Source: an uncultured Gammaproteobacteria bacterium (GTDB taxonomy: Bacteria; Patescibacteriota; Patescibacteriia; Magasanikbacterales; GWA2-37-8). Taken from it: 64,000 nucleotides of DNA. The notes beneath the pieces were generated by a model. That model made no database searches. It was not told the DNA's origin and saw only the letters and a program-made list of their open reading frames with translations. Below, in pieces: positions 37,608 through 47,385 of this stretch. The DNA lies in NCBI GenBank assembly GCA_964465205.1, contig CAYXJO010000004.1, forward strand, positions 9,671 through 73,670, in the 5' to 3' direction. The translations under genes were made by a program, and so were the position numbers. Every line of letters starts with the position of its first letter. Position 1 is the stretch's first letter.

Positions 37608-39809
37608 ATGACGGCCAAAATTATGCCAAAAATAAATTTATCTCAATACGAAAAAAAAGTTGACGGTGCGGTATATACGGATTTGCGTGGAGCAAAACTA
37701 CCGTTATTGGCCGGTGTGGATTTGTCAAAGATGGAAAAATTAGCCCGAATGTTGCGTGCTTTAATTTTTGCTCAAGTAGAAGCCGCCCAAAGTGGCCATC
37801 CGGGTAGTGCCGGCAAGGTAGAACAATTTTTGGCTTTGGTGCTTGGTGGAAATTTGGCATTTGACGGCATTGACCCCAAAAATCCCGGCCGCGATCGATT
37901 GGTGTGGAGCGCTGGGCATTCGTCACCATTACTTTATGCCGGTTTGTCGATCATTTATGAATCTATGCGCCGTGCCGGACGACAATTTATGCCTGAAGAA
38001 ATGCACGCAATCTTGCCAGAGGACCTGATAAATTTCCGTCGTCCCAATGGTCCGCAGGGGCATATTGAAAATTATTATCCATTGTCAGATTATGCTACTG
38101 GTCCGAGTGGTCACGGACTGTCGGCGGCGGTGGGAATTGCAACCACGCATCATTCATGCGGATTGCCTACACGCGTTTGGACTATTATGGGAGATGCCGA
38201 ATCGGAAGAGGGTATGAGTTATGAAGCGCGTAATTTGGCGGTGGCACTGGGGTTAGATAATTTAGTTGTTTGTTTGGATTATAATCATTTTGGTATTGAC
38301 GGGCCGATTGAAGAGGTGGCGTCTTCGCCGTATCTCAATCATTGGTTGGGTTTGGGCTGGAATGTTGTTGAGGTGGATGGTCATGATTTTGCGCAATTAC
38401 TTGCGGCGTACGCGGTCGCCGGACGTGGATTTTACAATCATCGACCGACTGTAGTAATTGCACATACCCTCAAAGGGAAGGGTTACGGCACAGTCGAGGG
38501 TACGGAGAAGGCGCATGGCACACCGGCCGCTCATGAAGATTATATAAAAATTATTAAAAAATTAGGTTTTGATATTGTAGGGGCGCCGGGCAAGGTGATG
38601 TCCGATATTGAAAAAGTTTTTGAACAAATGAACTTAGCCGATGAACAATATATTAGCGCGCGGTTGGAAGCGGCTAAGGAAAAAATCAAACCGGAAAGCG
38701 AATTGGTAGCGGAAATGAAAAAGAAATTGGACGGTCGGCCGTTGAAAGATCCGCGTAAAATTACACGACCAAAAAAATTGCCGGCAGAATTAGTTTTCAA
38801 AGCTGGCGAAAAAGTGTCTTTACGCAAAGCGGTGAGTGCGTGGTGCGAGTGGTATATGAAACAAACGGCGTTTTTTTATACTGGAGCAGGGGATTTGAGC
38901 AAATCGGTTTTGACCGGTGCGGCAGAAAAGGTGTATGGAGTGCTGTCGCCCGAGAATTATTTTGGCCGCGGCATAAGATATGGTATTGCCGAAGCTAATA
39001 TGGGTATGGTGGGCGCGGCGATTTCACAAGATATTTTACCGGGTGGATTTAGGCCGGTATCTCTCTTCGGTACTTACGCTGTTTTTACCGCCATGATGGG
39101 CAATGCCTTGCGTCTCGCCGTGATAAACAACCATCTCAATCCAAGTGCGGCCGGATTTTTTGTAGCTTTGGCATCTCACGATGGTTTGGATACTGGTGAG
39201 GATGGTCCGACACACCAAGGGCTTTATTGGATGAGTTATTTTGATGCGTTGCCCGGTATAAAAGTGTACAAACCTTTTGATGCCAATGAAGTGATAGAAA
39301 TGTTGTTTGGGGCTTTGGAGCGCGGTGAGCCTATTGTGTTAGCTGTACCGCGCAATGATATGCTGGTGTTGAAGCGTAGTGATGTACCGGATGCGCGTGC
39401 GGCACTTGATGGCGCATATGTATACAAAAATTATTCAAACAGTCGTAAGCCAAAGAAATGTTTGGTGGTGTCGGGTCCGCAAATGTTGCAAAACATTTTG
39501 ACGGTGTTGCCGGATTTGGAGAAAAAAATAAACATAAAAATTGTTTGCGTTACCGCGCCGGAGTTGTTTGAAGATTTGCGTGTGCGCGATCCACACAAAG
39601 TGAAAAAAATATTTAATGACAAAGACAGGGAAGTAGCGGTGACTTTACATGGCGGGTGGACAGGGTGGTTGGATAGGTTTTTATTGCCATCAGATGAGCT
39701 AGGTCGGCGAATTGCCACGGATGGTTATTATAAATCCGGGCGGGCGAGCGAAGTGTATGAATTGGCCGGGTTGGGGCCGGATGGGATTGCGAAGAAAATT
39801 TTGGAATAA
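37608..39809 (+). CDS. tkt: Transketolase
   Basis: SGHPG, RDRLVWSAGH, GDAESEEG...N ThDP motif, GIAEANM, GEDGPTHQ. Confidence 0.9.
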   Translation: MTAKIMPKINLSQYEKKVDGAVYTDLRGAKLPLLAGVDLSKMEKLARMLRALIFAQVEAAQSGHPGSAGKVEQFLALVLGGNLAFDGIDPKNPGRDRLVWSAGHSSPLLYAGLSIIYESMRRAGRQFMPEEMHAILPEDLINFRRPNGPQGHIENYYPLSDYATGPSGHGLSAAVGIATTHHSCGLPTRVWTIMGDAESEEGMSYEARNLAVALGLDNLVVCLDYNHFGIDGPIEEVASSPYLNHWLGLGWNVVEVDGHDFAQLLAAYAVAGRGFYNHRPTVVIAHTLKGKGYGTVEGTEKAHGTPAAHEDYIKIIKKLGFDIVGAPGKVMSDIEKVFEQMNLADEQYISARLEAAKEKIKPESELVAEMKKKLDGRPLKDPRKITRPKKLPAELVFKAGEKVSLRKAVSAWCEWYMKQTAFFYTGAGDLSKSVLTGAAEKVYGVLSPENYFGRGIRYGIAEANMGMVGAAISQDILPGGFRPVSLFGTYAVFTAMMGNALRLAVINNHLNPSAAGFFVALASHDGLDTGEDGPTHQGLYWMSYFDALPGIKVYKPFDANEVIEMLFGALERGEPIVLAVPRNDMLVLKRSDVPDARAALDGAYVYKNYSNSRKPKKCLVVSGPQMLQNILTVLPDLEKKINIKIVCVTAPELFEDLRVRDPHKVKKIFNDKDREVAVTLHGGWTGWLDRFLLPSDELGRRIATDGYYKSGRASEVYELAGLGPDGIAKKILE

Positions 39810-39834
39810 AAAGACGGCCCCGAGAGGGGCCGTT
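39808..39834 (-). terminator. Terminator between tkt and the cassette
   Basis: gacggcccc-gaga-ggggccgtt with an A-tract on the left. Confidence 0.7.
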
Positions 39835-39860
39835 GGTGTTTATAGAGGGGGTTACGCCAC

Positions 39861-40214
39861 TTATTTGGGGCGTAGGTTGGAAAACCCGCACTTTTCCAGA
39901 TCGAATGGATAGACGAAGCATTCGACCAGGGCGAGTGGAAAGTATTTTGTAATAACTTGCACAATGCTGTGTGCAAGGTCCTGCTGAACTTGGTAGGTGC
40001 GTTCAGGTGTTGCGAATAGCCCAACCACTTCCACAATGACCTCCTCGCCAAGACCGTGCGTCATTAGGTCGCTGGGAAAAAACACGGTGACGCTGTTAGA
40101 TGCGACTTTAAGCGCTTTCGCAGACGCCACGACATGTCGAATTTCATTACAGAGATACTCAAGTGTATCTTGTGGTGTGTTGGTTGGCACGCCCCACACT
40201 TTGATGATCGGCAT
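39861..40214 (-). CDS. Tautomerase/MIF-superfamily-like protein (cassette gene)
   Basis: Pro-1 (MPIIKVWG), two beta-alpha-beta units, ERT motif; purine-rich GGAAAGGA upstream. Confidence 0.65.
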   Translation of the reverse strand: MPIIKVWGVPTNTPQDTLEYLCNEIRHVVASAKALKVASNSVTVFFPSDLMTHGLGEEVIVEVVGLFATPERTYQVQQDLAHSIVQVITKYFPLALVECFVYPFDLEKCGFSNLRPK

Positions 40215-40232
40215 ATTCGTTTCCTTTCCCGC

Positions 40233-40508
40233 CTACTGGGCGGAGTTGCTGTTAGCCTTGATCACGTACGGTTTATCACCCAATAACTCAGTGAAAAGCC
40301 CCATTTCCTCGTCCACGATTCCATGGTAATTTTCCGGTCCGTCCAGCTAGAGAAGATCGATTTTTTGACCGTCATACTCGGTTGTTACCGCCGTCAGGCC
40401 CTCCTCGTGATCGTAAACTCTTTCGGAGGTCACCGTCCACGGTTCGTCGCAGTCGTCGATCAGTTGGTCTCCTTTTTTTAGTTGCATGAAATCTTCGCGC
40501 GTGATCAT
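40233..40508 (-). pseudogene. SD-led acidic orphan ORF interrupted by an in-frame TAG (40347-40349)
   Basis: GGGAGGT then ATG; MITREDFMQLKKGDQLIDD...KIDLL*LDGPENYHG...SAQ*. The frame continues 37 sense codons past the stop up to the next gene's RBS. Confidence 0.6.
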
Positions 40509-40554
40509 CTTTTACCTCCCGGCCTTCTGGCCTGTTTGGGTTTTTAACACCAGT

Positions 40555-40605
40555 AAAAAGAGCCAAAGAACAATTTACATTAGCATAAATTCGCCCATTT
40601 GTCAA
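40555..40605 (-). promoter_or_regulatory. Cassette promoter plus boxA-like leader (copy A)
   Basis: TTGACA-17-TAATGT with TGC extension, then TGTTCTTTG and GCTCTTT; near-identical to 43830-43880. Confidence 0.8.
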
Positions 40606-40659
40606 CCCCCAAAAAATCCTGTAAAATACCTCTGTTTTTCAAACTATATTTTTTGTGTT

Positions 40660-43152
40660 ATGCCAACAATCACTGATCTCAAAATTTCGCAAATCGCGAA
40701 CTATGTCGGCCTCAATAGTGCCGACGCGCAACTGGCTCAGAAACAATATGGTCTCAACCTACGCCCTGTGGCCAAACGCAAGACGTGGCTTCATCGTCTT
40801 TGGGACATCTTCACGGAGCCGATGATGTTTTTGATTCTTGCGACTGGAGTTTTGTATTTCTTTTTTCACGATTGGGTAGAAGCGGTGATAATTTTGGCAT
40901 CAATTATCCCTATTGGCCTCATTGAATTTATCCAAGAGGGGCGTACTGATAAAGCGATTGAAGTACTCGATAAGTTCATGGTGCAGTATGTGCTAGTCTA
41001 TCGTGATGGCAAACTGCAAAAAATGGAAAGTAAATATCTCGTGCCGGGGGATGTGGTGCATTTGACCGCAGGTGACAAAATTCCGGCCGATGGCGTGCTT
41101 ATTAATTCTCCGGGGCTCACGGTAGATGAGTCGATTTTGACTGGGGAATCCGTCACTGTGGTCAAAGCGCAGCTGGTGAATCACGATGAAATTAAAGACG
41201 AAAATATTTTGTATCAAGGTACCATGATCGCACAGGGCGAGGGTCAACAATTGGTTCTGGATACCGGCGTGAATACCAAATATGGCAAGTTGGGCGCCTT
41301 ACTTGAAAGTATCGAGGGCCAAAAAACCCCATTGCAGAAAAAAATTCATAAATTGGTAAATGGTGTAGCAGTGGTCGCGTTTATTACAGCTGTTCTTACT
41401 ACAGTGCTTGTGGGTTGGTCGCGAGGTGTGATGGAGGGTGTGTTAGCTGGGCTCACGATGGCTATGTCGCTTATCCCCGAAGAATTTCCAGTGGTATTTT
41501 CCGTGTTTCTCATTTTGGGTGTATTGCGTCTAGCCAAAGAAAAAGCACTGACACGGAAAATGGTTATGGTTGAGACTTTGGGGAGTGCTACGGTCATTTG
41601 TACGGATAAAACCGGCACCTTGACCGAGGGGAGCATGTCTTTAGAGCAGATATATTTTAGCGGAAAAATTTTTGATGTAAAAAAAACTACAATAATTAAA
41701 AATGAATTTTCCGATTTGATTACCGCGTCACTACTCGCTTTGGAACGAGTTGCGGTGGATCCAATCGAGGTCGAAATGCAAGATTTTGCCCGTGTTCAAG
41801 GATTAAATCCGGAGGAATTTTATTCGGGTTATACTCTCAAACACGATGCGCCCTTTGATGCCAAAACGAAAATGGTGCATCATATTTGGCAAAATAATGA
41901 TACGAAAAAATGCGCGCAATACAGCGTGGGCGCGCCCGAATCGGTGTTCGGGTGTTGTGAATTTATCGGAAATGGTCGGGCTGAGGTTTTAGCCATAAAC
42001 GACAAACTAGCAGGTGATGGTTATCGTGTAATTGCGGTAGCGCAAAAAGAAACCGATTGCAGTGATCGAGTAGAATTATCCGGCTTGCGTTTCGTGGGGC
42101 TACTCGTGATGCGCGATCCGGTGCGCGCGGGAGTAAAAGATGCGATTCGCGTGTGCCAAGAAGCGGGGATACGGGTAGTGATGATTACTGGTGATAACAA
42201 GCTTACCGCACATAATGTCGCCGAGAGTTTGGGCATGAAACATAATGAAGAAATGATTAGCGGTGATGAATTTGCCGAATTAACCACTGAAGGAATTTTA
42301 AAAATTGTAAAATCACATGATATTTTCGCACGTATCCGTCCGGAACAGAAATTTATGATTGTGGAAGCACTCCAAAAACAGGGTGAGGTAGTAGCGATGA
42401 CTGGTGATGGGGTCAACGATGCGCCAGCGCTGAAAAAAGCGGATATTGGCATTGCGATGGGTAGTCGCGGTACCGAGGTGGCACGCGCCGCTGCGGGCAT
42501 GGTACTACTTGATGATAATTTTTCTACGATTGTGGACGCGGTCAAGGAAGGTCGTCGAATTTATGATAATATGCGCAAGGCGTTTATGTTTTTGTTTTCA
42601 TTTCATTTGCCGATTATCGGTCTCGCGGTGGTGCCGCTGTTATTTAATCAGCCAATGATTTTTATGCCTATCCATATAATTTTTTTGGAATTGATTTGTG
42701 ATCCGGCGTCGGTACTCGGTTTTGAGCGTGACCATGCGCGCCTTGGGTTGCTTCAAGAACCGCCTAGGCCGGTGAGTGAACCACTTATAAATCCGAAATT
42801 ATGGTGGCAGATTATCGTGCAGGGTGTGGCGATTCTTGCGGTATCACTCGGATTTTATTATTACGGCGTGCGATTGGGTGGTGCAGAGCTCGGCCGTACG
42901 CTCGCGTTTTCCGCGCTCGTGGTATCACAGGTGGCGCTTATACTCCTCACGCGTGAGTGGGTGCAGGTGAAAAGTAATTTCTTATTGTTGTTTATAGCCG
43001 TAGCCACATTGGTCGCTTTGGTGGCACTTCTTACTGTACCGTTCGCGCGCGGGATTTTTCATTTTGCGCCGATCAGTTGGGCGCTCGTGGATAGCGTTAT
43101 TCTGATTCCGTTTGCGGTGATGGGGGCGGTGAGTTTGGTGGTGAGGAAATAA
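40660..43152 (+). CDS. Cation-transporting P-type ATPase (type IIA, Ca2+-like)
   Basis: TGES, IPEEF, DKTGTLT, MITGDN, MTGDGVNDAPALK. Start taken at MPTITDL. Confidence 0.95.
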   Translation: MPTITDLKISQIANYVGLNSADAQLAQKQYGLNLRPVAKRKTWLHRLWDIFTEPMMFLILATGVLYFFFHDWVEAVIILASIIPIGLIEFIQEGRTDKAIEVLDKFMVQYVLVYRDGKLQKMESKYLVPGDVVHLTAGDKIPADGVLINSPGLTVDESILTGESVTVVKAQLVNHDEIKDENILYQGTMIAQGEGQQLVLDTGVNTKYGKLGALLESIEGQKTPLQKKIHKLVNGVAVVAFITAVLTTVLVGWSRGVMEGVLAGLTMAMSLIPEEFPVVFSVFLILGVLRLAKEKALTRKMVMVETLGSATVICTDKTGTLTEGSMSLEQIYFSGKIFDVKKTTIIKNEFSDLITASLLALERVAVDPIEVEMQDFARVQGLNPEEFYSGYTLKHDAPFDAKTKMVHHIWQNNDTKKCAQYSVGAPESVFGCCEFIGNGRAEVLAINDKLAGDGYRVIAVAQKETDCSDRVELSGLRFVGLLVMRDPVRAGVKDAIRVCQEAGIRVVMITGDNKLTAHNVAESLGMKHNEEMISGDEFAELTTEGILKIVKSHDIFARIRPEQKFMIVEALQKQGEVVAMTGDGVNDAPALKKADIGIAMGSRGTEVARAAAGMVLLDDNFSTIVDAVKEGRRIYDNMRKAFMFLFSFHLPIIGLAVVPLLFNQPMIFMPIHIIFLELICDPASVLGFERDHARLGLLQEPPRPVSEPLINPKLWWQIIVQGVAILAVSLGFYYYGVRLGGAELGRTLAFSALVVSQVALILLTREWVQVKSNFLLLFIAVATLVALVALLTVPFARGIFHFAPISWALVDSVILIPFAVMGAVSLVVRK

Positions 43153-43205
43153 CAAAAATATACTGTGCGCTGAAAGTATATTTTGTTATTTATCATTTTA
43201 TGAAT

Positions 43206-43235
43206 AAAAAAAAGAGCAGGGGAAGGCCCCTGCTC
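43206..43235 (-). terminator. Cassette terminator
   Basis: gagcagggg-aagg-cccctgctc with A8 on the left. Confidence 0.8.
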
Positions 43236-43252
43236 GCGGTGAGTGATAGTGT

Positions 43253-43765
43253 TTATTGTGGGCGTGCCACTTTGTGCATATACACACCGGATACGGATTG
43301 CTTTACTTCGTACCAATCTTTGGCGAGGCGTTCCTCGCAGGTGCATCGGTACGGTCCGCATCGATTCGATTTGGCAGCCACCTCAAACCGGTTGCAACAC
43401 CACGCGTCGTTCGGCGTGATGGTGCATTGAATATCGCCGAAGACAAATTCATACAGTTCATCGTTCATTCCGCCGCGGTTCATTTCAAAATCCCCACGTC
43501 GGTGACGCCACTGGCCAGTCATTTCGCAGTTCTCTGCCGAAACTCCGCCGACACAGCCGACAAAATTGACGGTCAGACTTCCGTCCAGATCCATGAGGAT
43601 GGCGAGGGTGGAACCAGATGTGGGTTTTGAGACTTCGACTTCGGTTGGTTCATCAAACGGTTTGGGTCCGTCGAGTAAATTGTTGATCGTGAATGCGATC
43701 ATCAACACGACACACAATCCCAAACCCAAACCTAAGTATGCCTTTTTCCAGAAATTTTTATCCAC
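43253..43765 (-). CDS. Membrane-anchored Cys-containing orphan protein (SD-led cassette)
   Basis: SD GAGGAGG then GTG; N-terminal TM; several Cys. Confidence 0.75.
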   Translation of the reverse strand: MDKNFWKKAYLGLGLGLCVVLMIAFTINNLLDGPKPFDEPTEVEVSKPTSGSTLAILMDLDGSLTVNFVGCVGGVSAENCEMTGQWRHRRGDFEMNRGGMNDELYEFVFGDIQCTITPNDAWCCNRFEVAAKSNRCGPYRCTCEERLAKDWYEVKQSVSGVYMHKVARPQ

Positions 43766-43829
43766 TTGTCCCTCCTCGGCCTCCCGGCCTGTTATTGGTT
43801 AGGCTCTGTTTTGTTGTTTTCACCTCATG

Positions 43830-43880
43830 AAAAGAGCACAAAGAACAATTTACAATAGCACAAATCCGCCCATTTGTCAA
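43830..43880 (-). promoter_or_regulatory. Cassette promoter plus boxA-like leader (copy B)
   Basis: TTGACA-17-TATTGT with TGC extension, then TGTTCTTTG and TGCTCTTT. Confidence 0.8.
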
Positions 43881-43935
43881 TACCCCCGAAAAGGTGTAAA
43901 ATATACCTGTTTTTAGTATCTAAACGTATAAAAAT

Positions 43936-44940
43936 ATGCCAAGAAAAATCTCGGTGGCCGTGCTCGGCGCCGGTAATATGGGTACCGCACTCGCTTCTGT
44001 AATCGGCAAAAATGGCCACAAAGTAAATATTTGGAATCATGAGGGCGACCCGGAGCCACTCGCACAAATAAACGAGACGCACGAAAATAAAAAGTATCTA
44101 GCTGGTATTGCATTGTCTCCAAATATTCACGCTGAATCTAGCTTGGAACAAGCAGTCCAAGGCGCGCAGGTGATTGTTTTTTGTGTCCCTAGCAATTTTA
44201 TGGCCGCGCTTGTGGAGCGAACAGTACAGTATTTACCTTGTGGAGTTGTGTGCGTGGACGCGTCCAAAGGTCTCGACGAAAAATCTTTGTTCCTCGTGCC
44301 GGATATTATCGCCGATAAAATTCCCGAATGTATCGGCAAAAGTGTGGCGAGTATTTCTGGACCAGCCATCGCACGCGACATGGCTGAAGGGAAATTCACC
44401 GCCATGAATGTGGCAAGCAAAGACACGAAAGCGATCAAAATTGTCCGCAAAATTTTTGAAAATGAAAATCTCAAATTAGTGCCGACCAAAGACGTGATTG
44501 GGGTAGAACTCGCCGGTTCGTTTAAAAATGTGTATGCTATAGCGATGGGAATTTGCGACGGCCTCGAATACCCCATGAACACCAAAGCGGCGCTACTCGT
44601 GATGGCGCTCAAAGAAGTCGGAGTGCTCATCAAAAAAATGGGTGGAAAAGCACACACAGTATATGATCTTGCCGGTCTTGGCGATCTCGCCGCTACTGGA
44701 CTCTGCGCCATTTCGCGCAATCGCCGTTTCGGAGAATTTTTAGCCAAAGGGATTGGTCGTGACGAAGCAATCAAACAGGTGGGGCAGGTGGTGGAGGGTG
44801 CGGGTGCTAGCAAAGTCCTCAAAACCCTCGCCGAAAAACATAATGTCAAAATGCCATTCGCGGATTTTGTGTATGAAGTTGTTTGGGAAGATAAAAACGC
44901 GAGCGAGATGATAAAAAAACTTTTGGCCGATTATGCGTAG
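43936..44940 (+). CDS. gpsA: NAD(P)H-dependent glycerol-3-phosphate dehydrogenase
   Basis: GAGNMGTALA, SKG, SGP, KNVYAIAMG, GLGDL..T, SRNRRFG, VEG. Confidence 0.95.
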   Translation: MPRKISVAVLGAGNMGTALASVIGKNGHKVNIWNHEGDPEPLAQINETHENKKYLAGIALSPNIHAESSLEQAVQGAQVIVFCVPSNFMAALVERTVQYLPCGVVCVDASKGLDEKSLFLVPDIIADKIPECIGKSVASISGPAIARDMAEGKFTAMNVASKDTKAIKIVRKIFENENLKLVPTKDVIGVELAGSFKNVYAIAMGICDGLEYPMNTKAALLVMALKEVGVLIKKMGGKAHTVYDLAGLGDLAATGLCAISRNRRFGEFLAKGIGRDEAIKQVGQVVEGAGASKVLKTLAEKHNVKMPFADFVYEVVWEDKNASEMIKKLLADYA

Positions 44941-46651
44941 TATCGAAGACAAAGAAATACGTTGGTTGTCGATAGTCTTTTTATTTATTTCGATTATCAT
45001 TATCGTGCGTCTTTTTATTTTACAAGTAAAAGAGCATGCCTACTACGAAGCGTTTGCTACGGGAACACACGAAATTTATCAGCAACTTTATCCGGTACGA
45101 GGCGCCATCTATTTTCAAGATACACGTACCCACGATGAATTTCCGGTGGCGGTAAATAAAGATTTTTATTTGATTTATGCCGTGCCCAAAGAAATTAAAT
45201 CATCCGATATAGTATCTACCACCGATAAATTGGCCGCTATTTTGGGTGTTGATGATAATATTAAAAAAGAAATATTTGAAAAATTGAGCAAACCAAATGA
45301 CGTATATGAACCAATAGCCAAGAAACAGCCAGAAAGCGTGGTGGCGGCTATAAAAGATCAAAAACTTGGTGGTATTTATGCTACCACTCAAGTCTATCGT
45401 TATTATCCGGAATTAGAATTGGCTGGAAATATTTTGGGTTTTACCGGTTTTGATGATAATGGCGGTTTGATAGGTAGTTATGGTATCGAAGGTTATTGGA
45501 ACAAGATTTTGGCCGGTCGGGGTGGGTTTATGGCCGGTGAACGTGGTGCCAAGGGTGGTTGGATTGCTTTGGCTGGTCGCAGTCTTACCCCGGCAGAAGA
45601 TGGTGCGGATTTGGTTTTGACTATTGATCGAGCGATAGAAAATAAAGCCTGCGAACGATTAAAAGCCGGCATGGAAGAATTCAAAGCTAAAAGTGCGGCC
45701 TTAACCATGATTGATCCCAAAACCGGAGCTATCGTAGCAATGTGCAGTTATCCGAATTTTGATCCTAATAATTATTCCAAAGTAGAGGACGAAAAATCTT
45801 TTAATAATACGAATATTTTTACTCCGTATGAACCGGGTTCAGTATTCAAATCAATTACCATGTCGATGGCTTTGGATTTGGGGCTCGTTAATCAAGACAC
45901 TACCTTTATCGACCCATGTCAGCGTAAAATTGCTGGCTATACTATCAAAAATGCGCTGGATAAATGTTATGGCACTGCTACTATGACCAATGTTTTGGAA
46001 AATTCGATAAATACTGGCATGATTTGGGTAGAAGAAAAAATCGGGCAAGAGAGATTCCGTGATTATATAAATAAATTTGGTTTTGGAGAAAAACTCGGCG
46101 TGACTATGAATACTGAAGCTAGAGGTAATATTGAACAGCTTGCTAGAAAAAGACCGATTGATTATGCCACTGCTTCGTTTGGGCAAGGTATTACCGTCAC
46201 TCCGCTGCAATTGGCTATGGCCTATAGCGCCCTCGCCAATGGTGGCCGTATGTATAAACCTTATGTGGTTTCCGAAATCCGTTATCCCAATGGCAAAAAA
46301 GAGAAAACTGAACCGGAATTGGTAGACAACATTGTTTCCGAACGCACCAGCAAAATTATTACCGGCATGCTTACCTCGGTAGTGGAGAACACTTATAAAA
46401 ATAGCGTAAAAATGAAAGATTATTATATTGCCGGCAAAACTGGTACGGCGCAAATTCCTGGGCCGGGTGGATATACCGACGAAACCAATCACACTTTTTG
46501 TGGATATTTTCCGGCACAAAATCCCAGGTGGGTGATGGTAGTGAAATATGAAGCCCCAGAACGCCAATGGGCCGAGAGTACGGCGGCGGTAGTTTTCAAA
46601 GATGTGGCGGATTTTGTGTTGGATTATTACGCGGTAGCTAAAGAGAGATAA
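44933..46651 (+). CDS. ftsI: Class B penicillin-binding protein (FtsI/PBP2-like)
   Basis: N-terminal TM, RGAIY, EPGSVFK (SxxK), SIN, AGKTGTAQ. Confidence 0.8.
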   Translation: MRSIEDKEIRWLSIVFLFISIIIIVRLFILQVKEHAYYEAFATGTHEIYQQLYPVRGAIYFQDTRTHDEFPVAVNKDFYLIYAVPKEIKSSDIVSTTDKLAAILGVDDNIKKEIFEKLSKPNDVYEPIAKKQPESVVAAIKDQKLGGIYATTQVYRYYPELELAGNILGFTGFDDNGGLIGSYGIEGYWNKILAGRGGFMAGERGAKGGWIALAGRSLTPAEDGADLVLTIDRAIENKACERLKAGMEEFKAKSAALTMIDPKTGAIVAMCSYPNFDPNNYSKVEDEKSFNNTNIFTPYEPGSVFKSITMSMALDLGLVNQDTTFIDPCQRKIAGYTIKNALDKCYGTATMTNVLENSINTGMIWVEEKIGQERFRDYINKFGFGEKLGVTMNTEARGNIEQLARKRPIDYATASFGQGITVTPLQLAMAYSALANGGRMYKPYVVSEIRYPNGKKEKTEPELVDNIVSERTSKIITGMLTSVVENTYKNSVKMKDYYIAGKTGTAQIPGPGGYTDETNHTFCGYFPAQNPRWVMVVKYEAPERQWAESTAAVVFKDVADFVLDYYAVAKER

Positions 46652-46674
46652 AAAAAGAGCGGGGGAACCCGCTC
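46650..46674 (-). terminator. Cassette terminator
   Basis: gagcggg-ggaa-cccgctc with an A-tract on the left. Confidence 0.75.
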
Positions 46675-46697
46675 AAAATCGGTTGCGTTGTCCGTGG

Positions 46698-47000
46698 TTA
46701 ACCGCCAATGATCCATGCGCCGATGCTGACGCCGAAAATCATTGCGATACCAACGAAGACCAGTGGCAGCATCGCTGGCATATCATTTAACCAGCCCCGA
46801 TATTCCGTGTTTTGTTTGATGTGGCCGAACAGGCCTACCCATGCGGTAATTGCACCTGTAACCACACCGATCCCCGCCGAAAAGTTCGTTGGGAGTCCGG
46901 AGTATATGACGAAGCATGCTATTGTAACCGCTCCTACCACACCGATTGTGATCCATGACCACAGCGGCTTCTGGTCAATCATTTTAAACAGGTAGTTCAT
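46698..47000 (-). CDS. Small three-TM orphan protein (SD-led)
   Basis: SD AAGGAG; hydrophobic helices. Confidence 0.7.
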   Translation of the reverse strand: MNYLFKMIDQKPLWSWITIGVVGAVTIACFVIYSGLPTNFSAGIGVVTGAITAWVGLFGHIKQNTEYRGWLNDMPAMLPLVFVGIAMIFGVSIGAWIIGG

Positions 47001-47003
47001 GTT

Positions 47004-47246
47004 TCACTCCTTTCTGTCCTCGGCGATGCCGAGGTGTTTCATAATCTTTTTCTGGTTGGTGAGAATCTGATCCACCCACATGAAGATACATGCCGTAGCC
47101 AGAATGGCTACGAAGCCGATGTAGTGGAGCGTCGCCAGAATCTCTGGCGAAGTTACGTCGGCCTTAGGAAGGAGCGTCTTGAACACGCCGGTGATCAAAA
47201 TCCAAACCGCCGCGCCGAAGAAACCAATCCTTAATGACGTTGCCAT
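47004..47246 (-). CDS. Small two-TM orphan protein (SD-led)
   Basis: SD AGGAGG; two TM helices. Confidence 0.7.
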   Translation of the reverse strand: MATSLRIGFFGAAVWILITGVFKTLLPKADVTSPEILATLHYIGFVAILATACIFMWVDQILTNQKKIMKHLGIAEDRKE

Positions 47247-47271
47247 GTCTTCCTCCTGCCCCGTGCATTTA

Positions 47272-47334
47272 TTGTTTAAGGTGCTCTAGCTCACGCTAGC
47301 CAATTACAATAGCACAAAATCACCCACTTGTCAA
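47272..47334 (-). promoter_or_regulatory. Cassette promoter plus boxA-like motif (copy C)
   Basis: TTGACA-17-TATTGT with TGC extension; GCACCTTAAACAA downstream. Confidence 0.75.
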
Positions 47335-47385
47335 GACCCTCCAATTAACGTAAAATATAGGCATAAATAGCCTATTTTAATATTT

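Noticed and set aside
40347-40349. Genome-wide stop-codon reassignment (TAG or TGA)
   Set aside because: TAG ends murF and other genes at expected lengths, TGA also terminates genes (e.g. 11401), and conserved genes have no internal stops.
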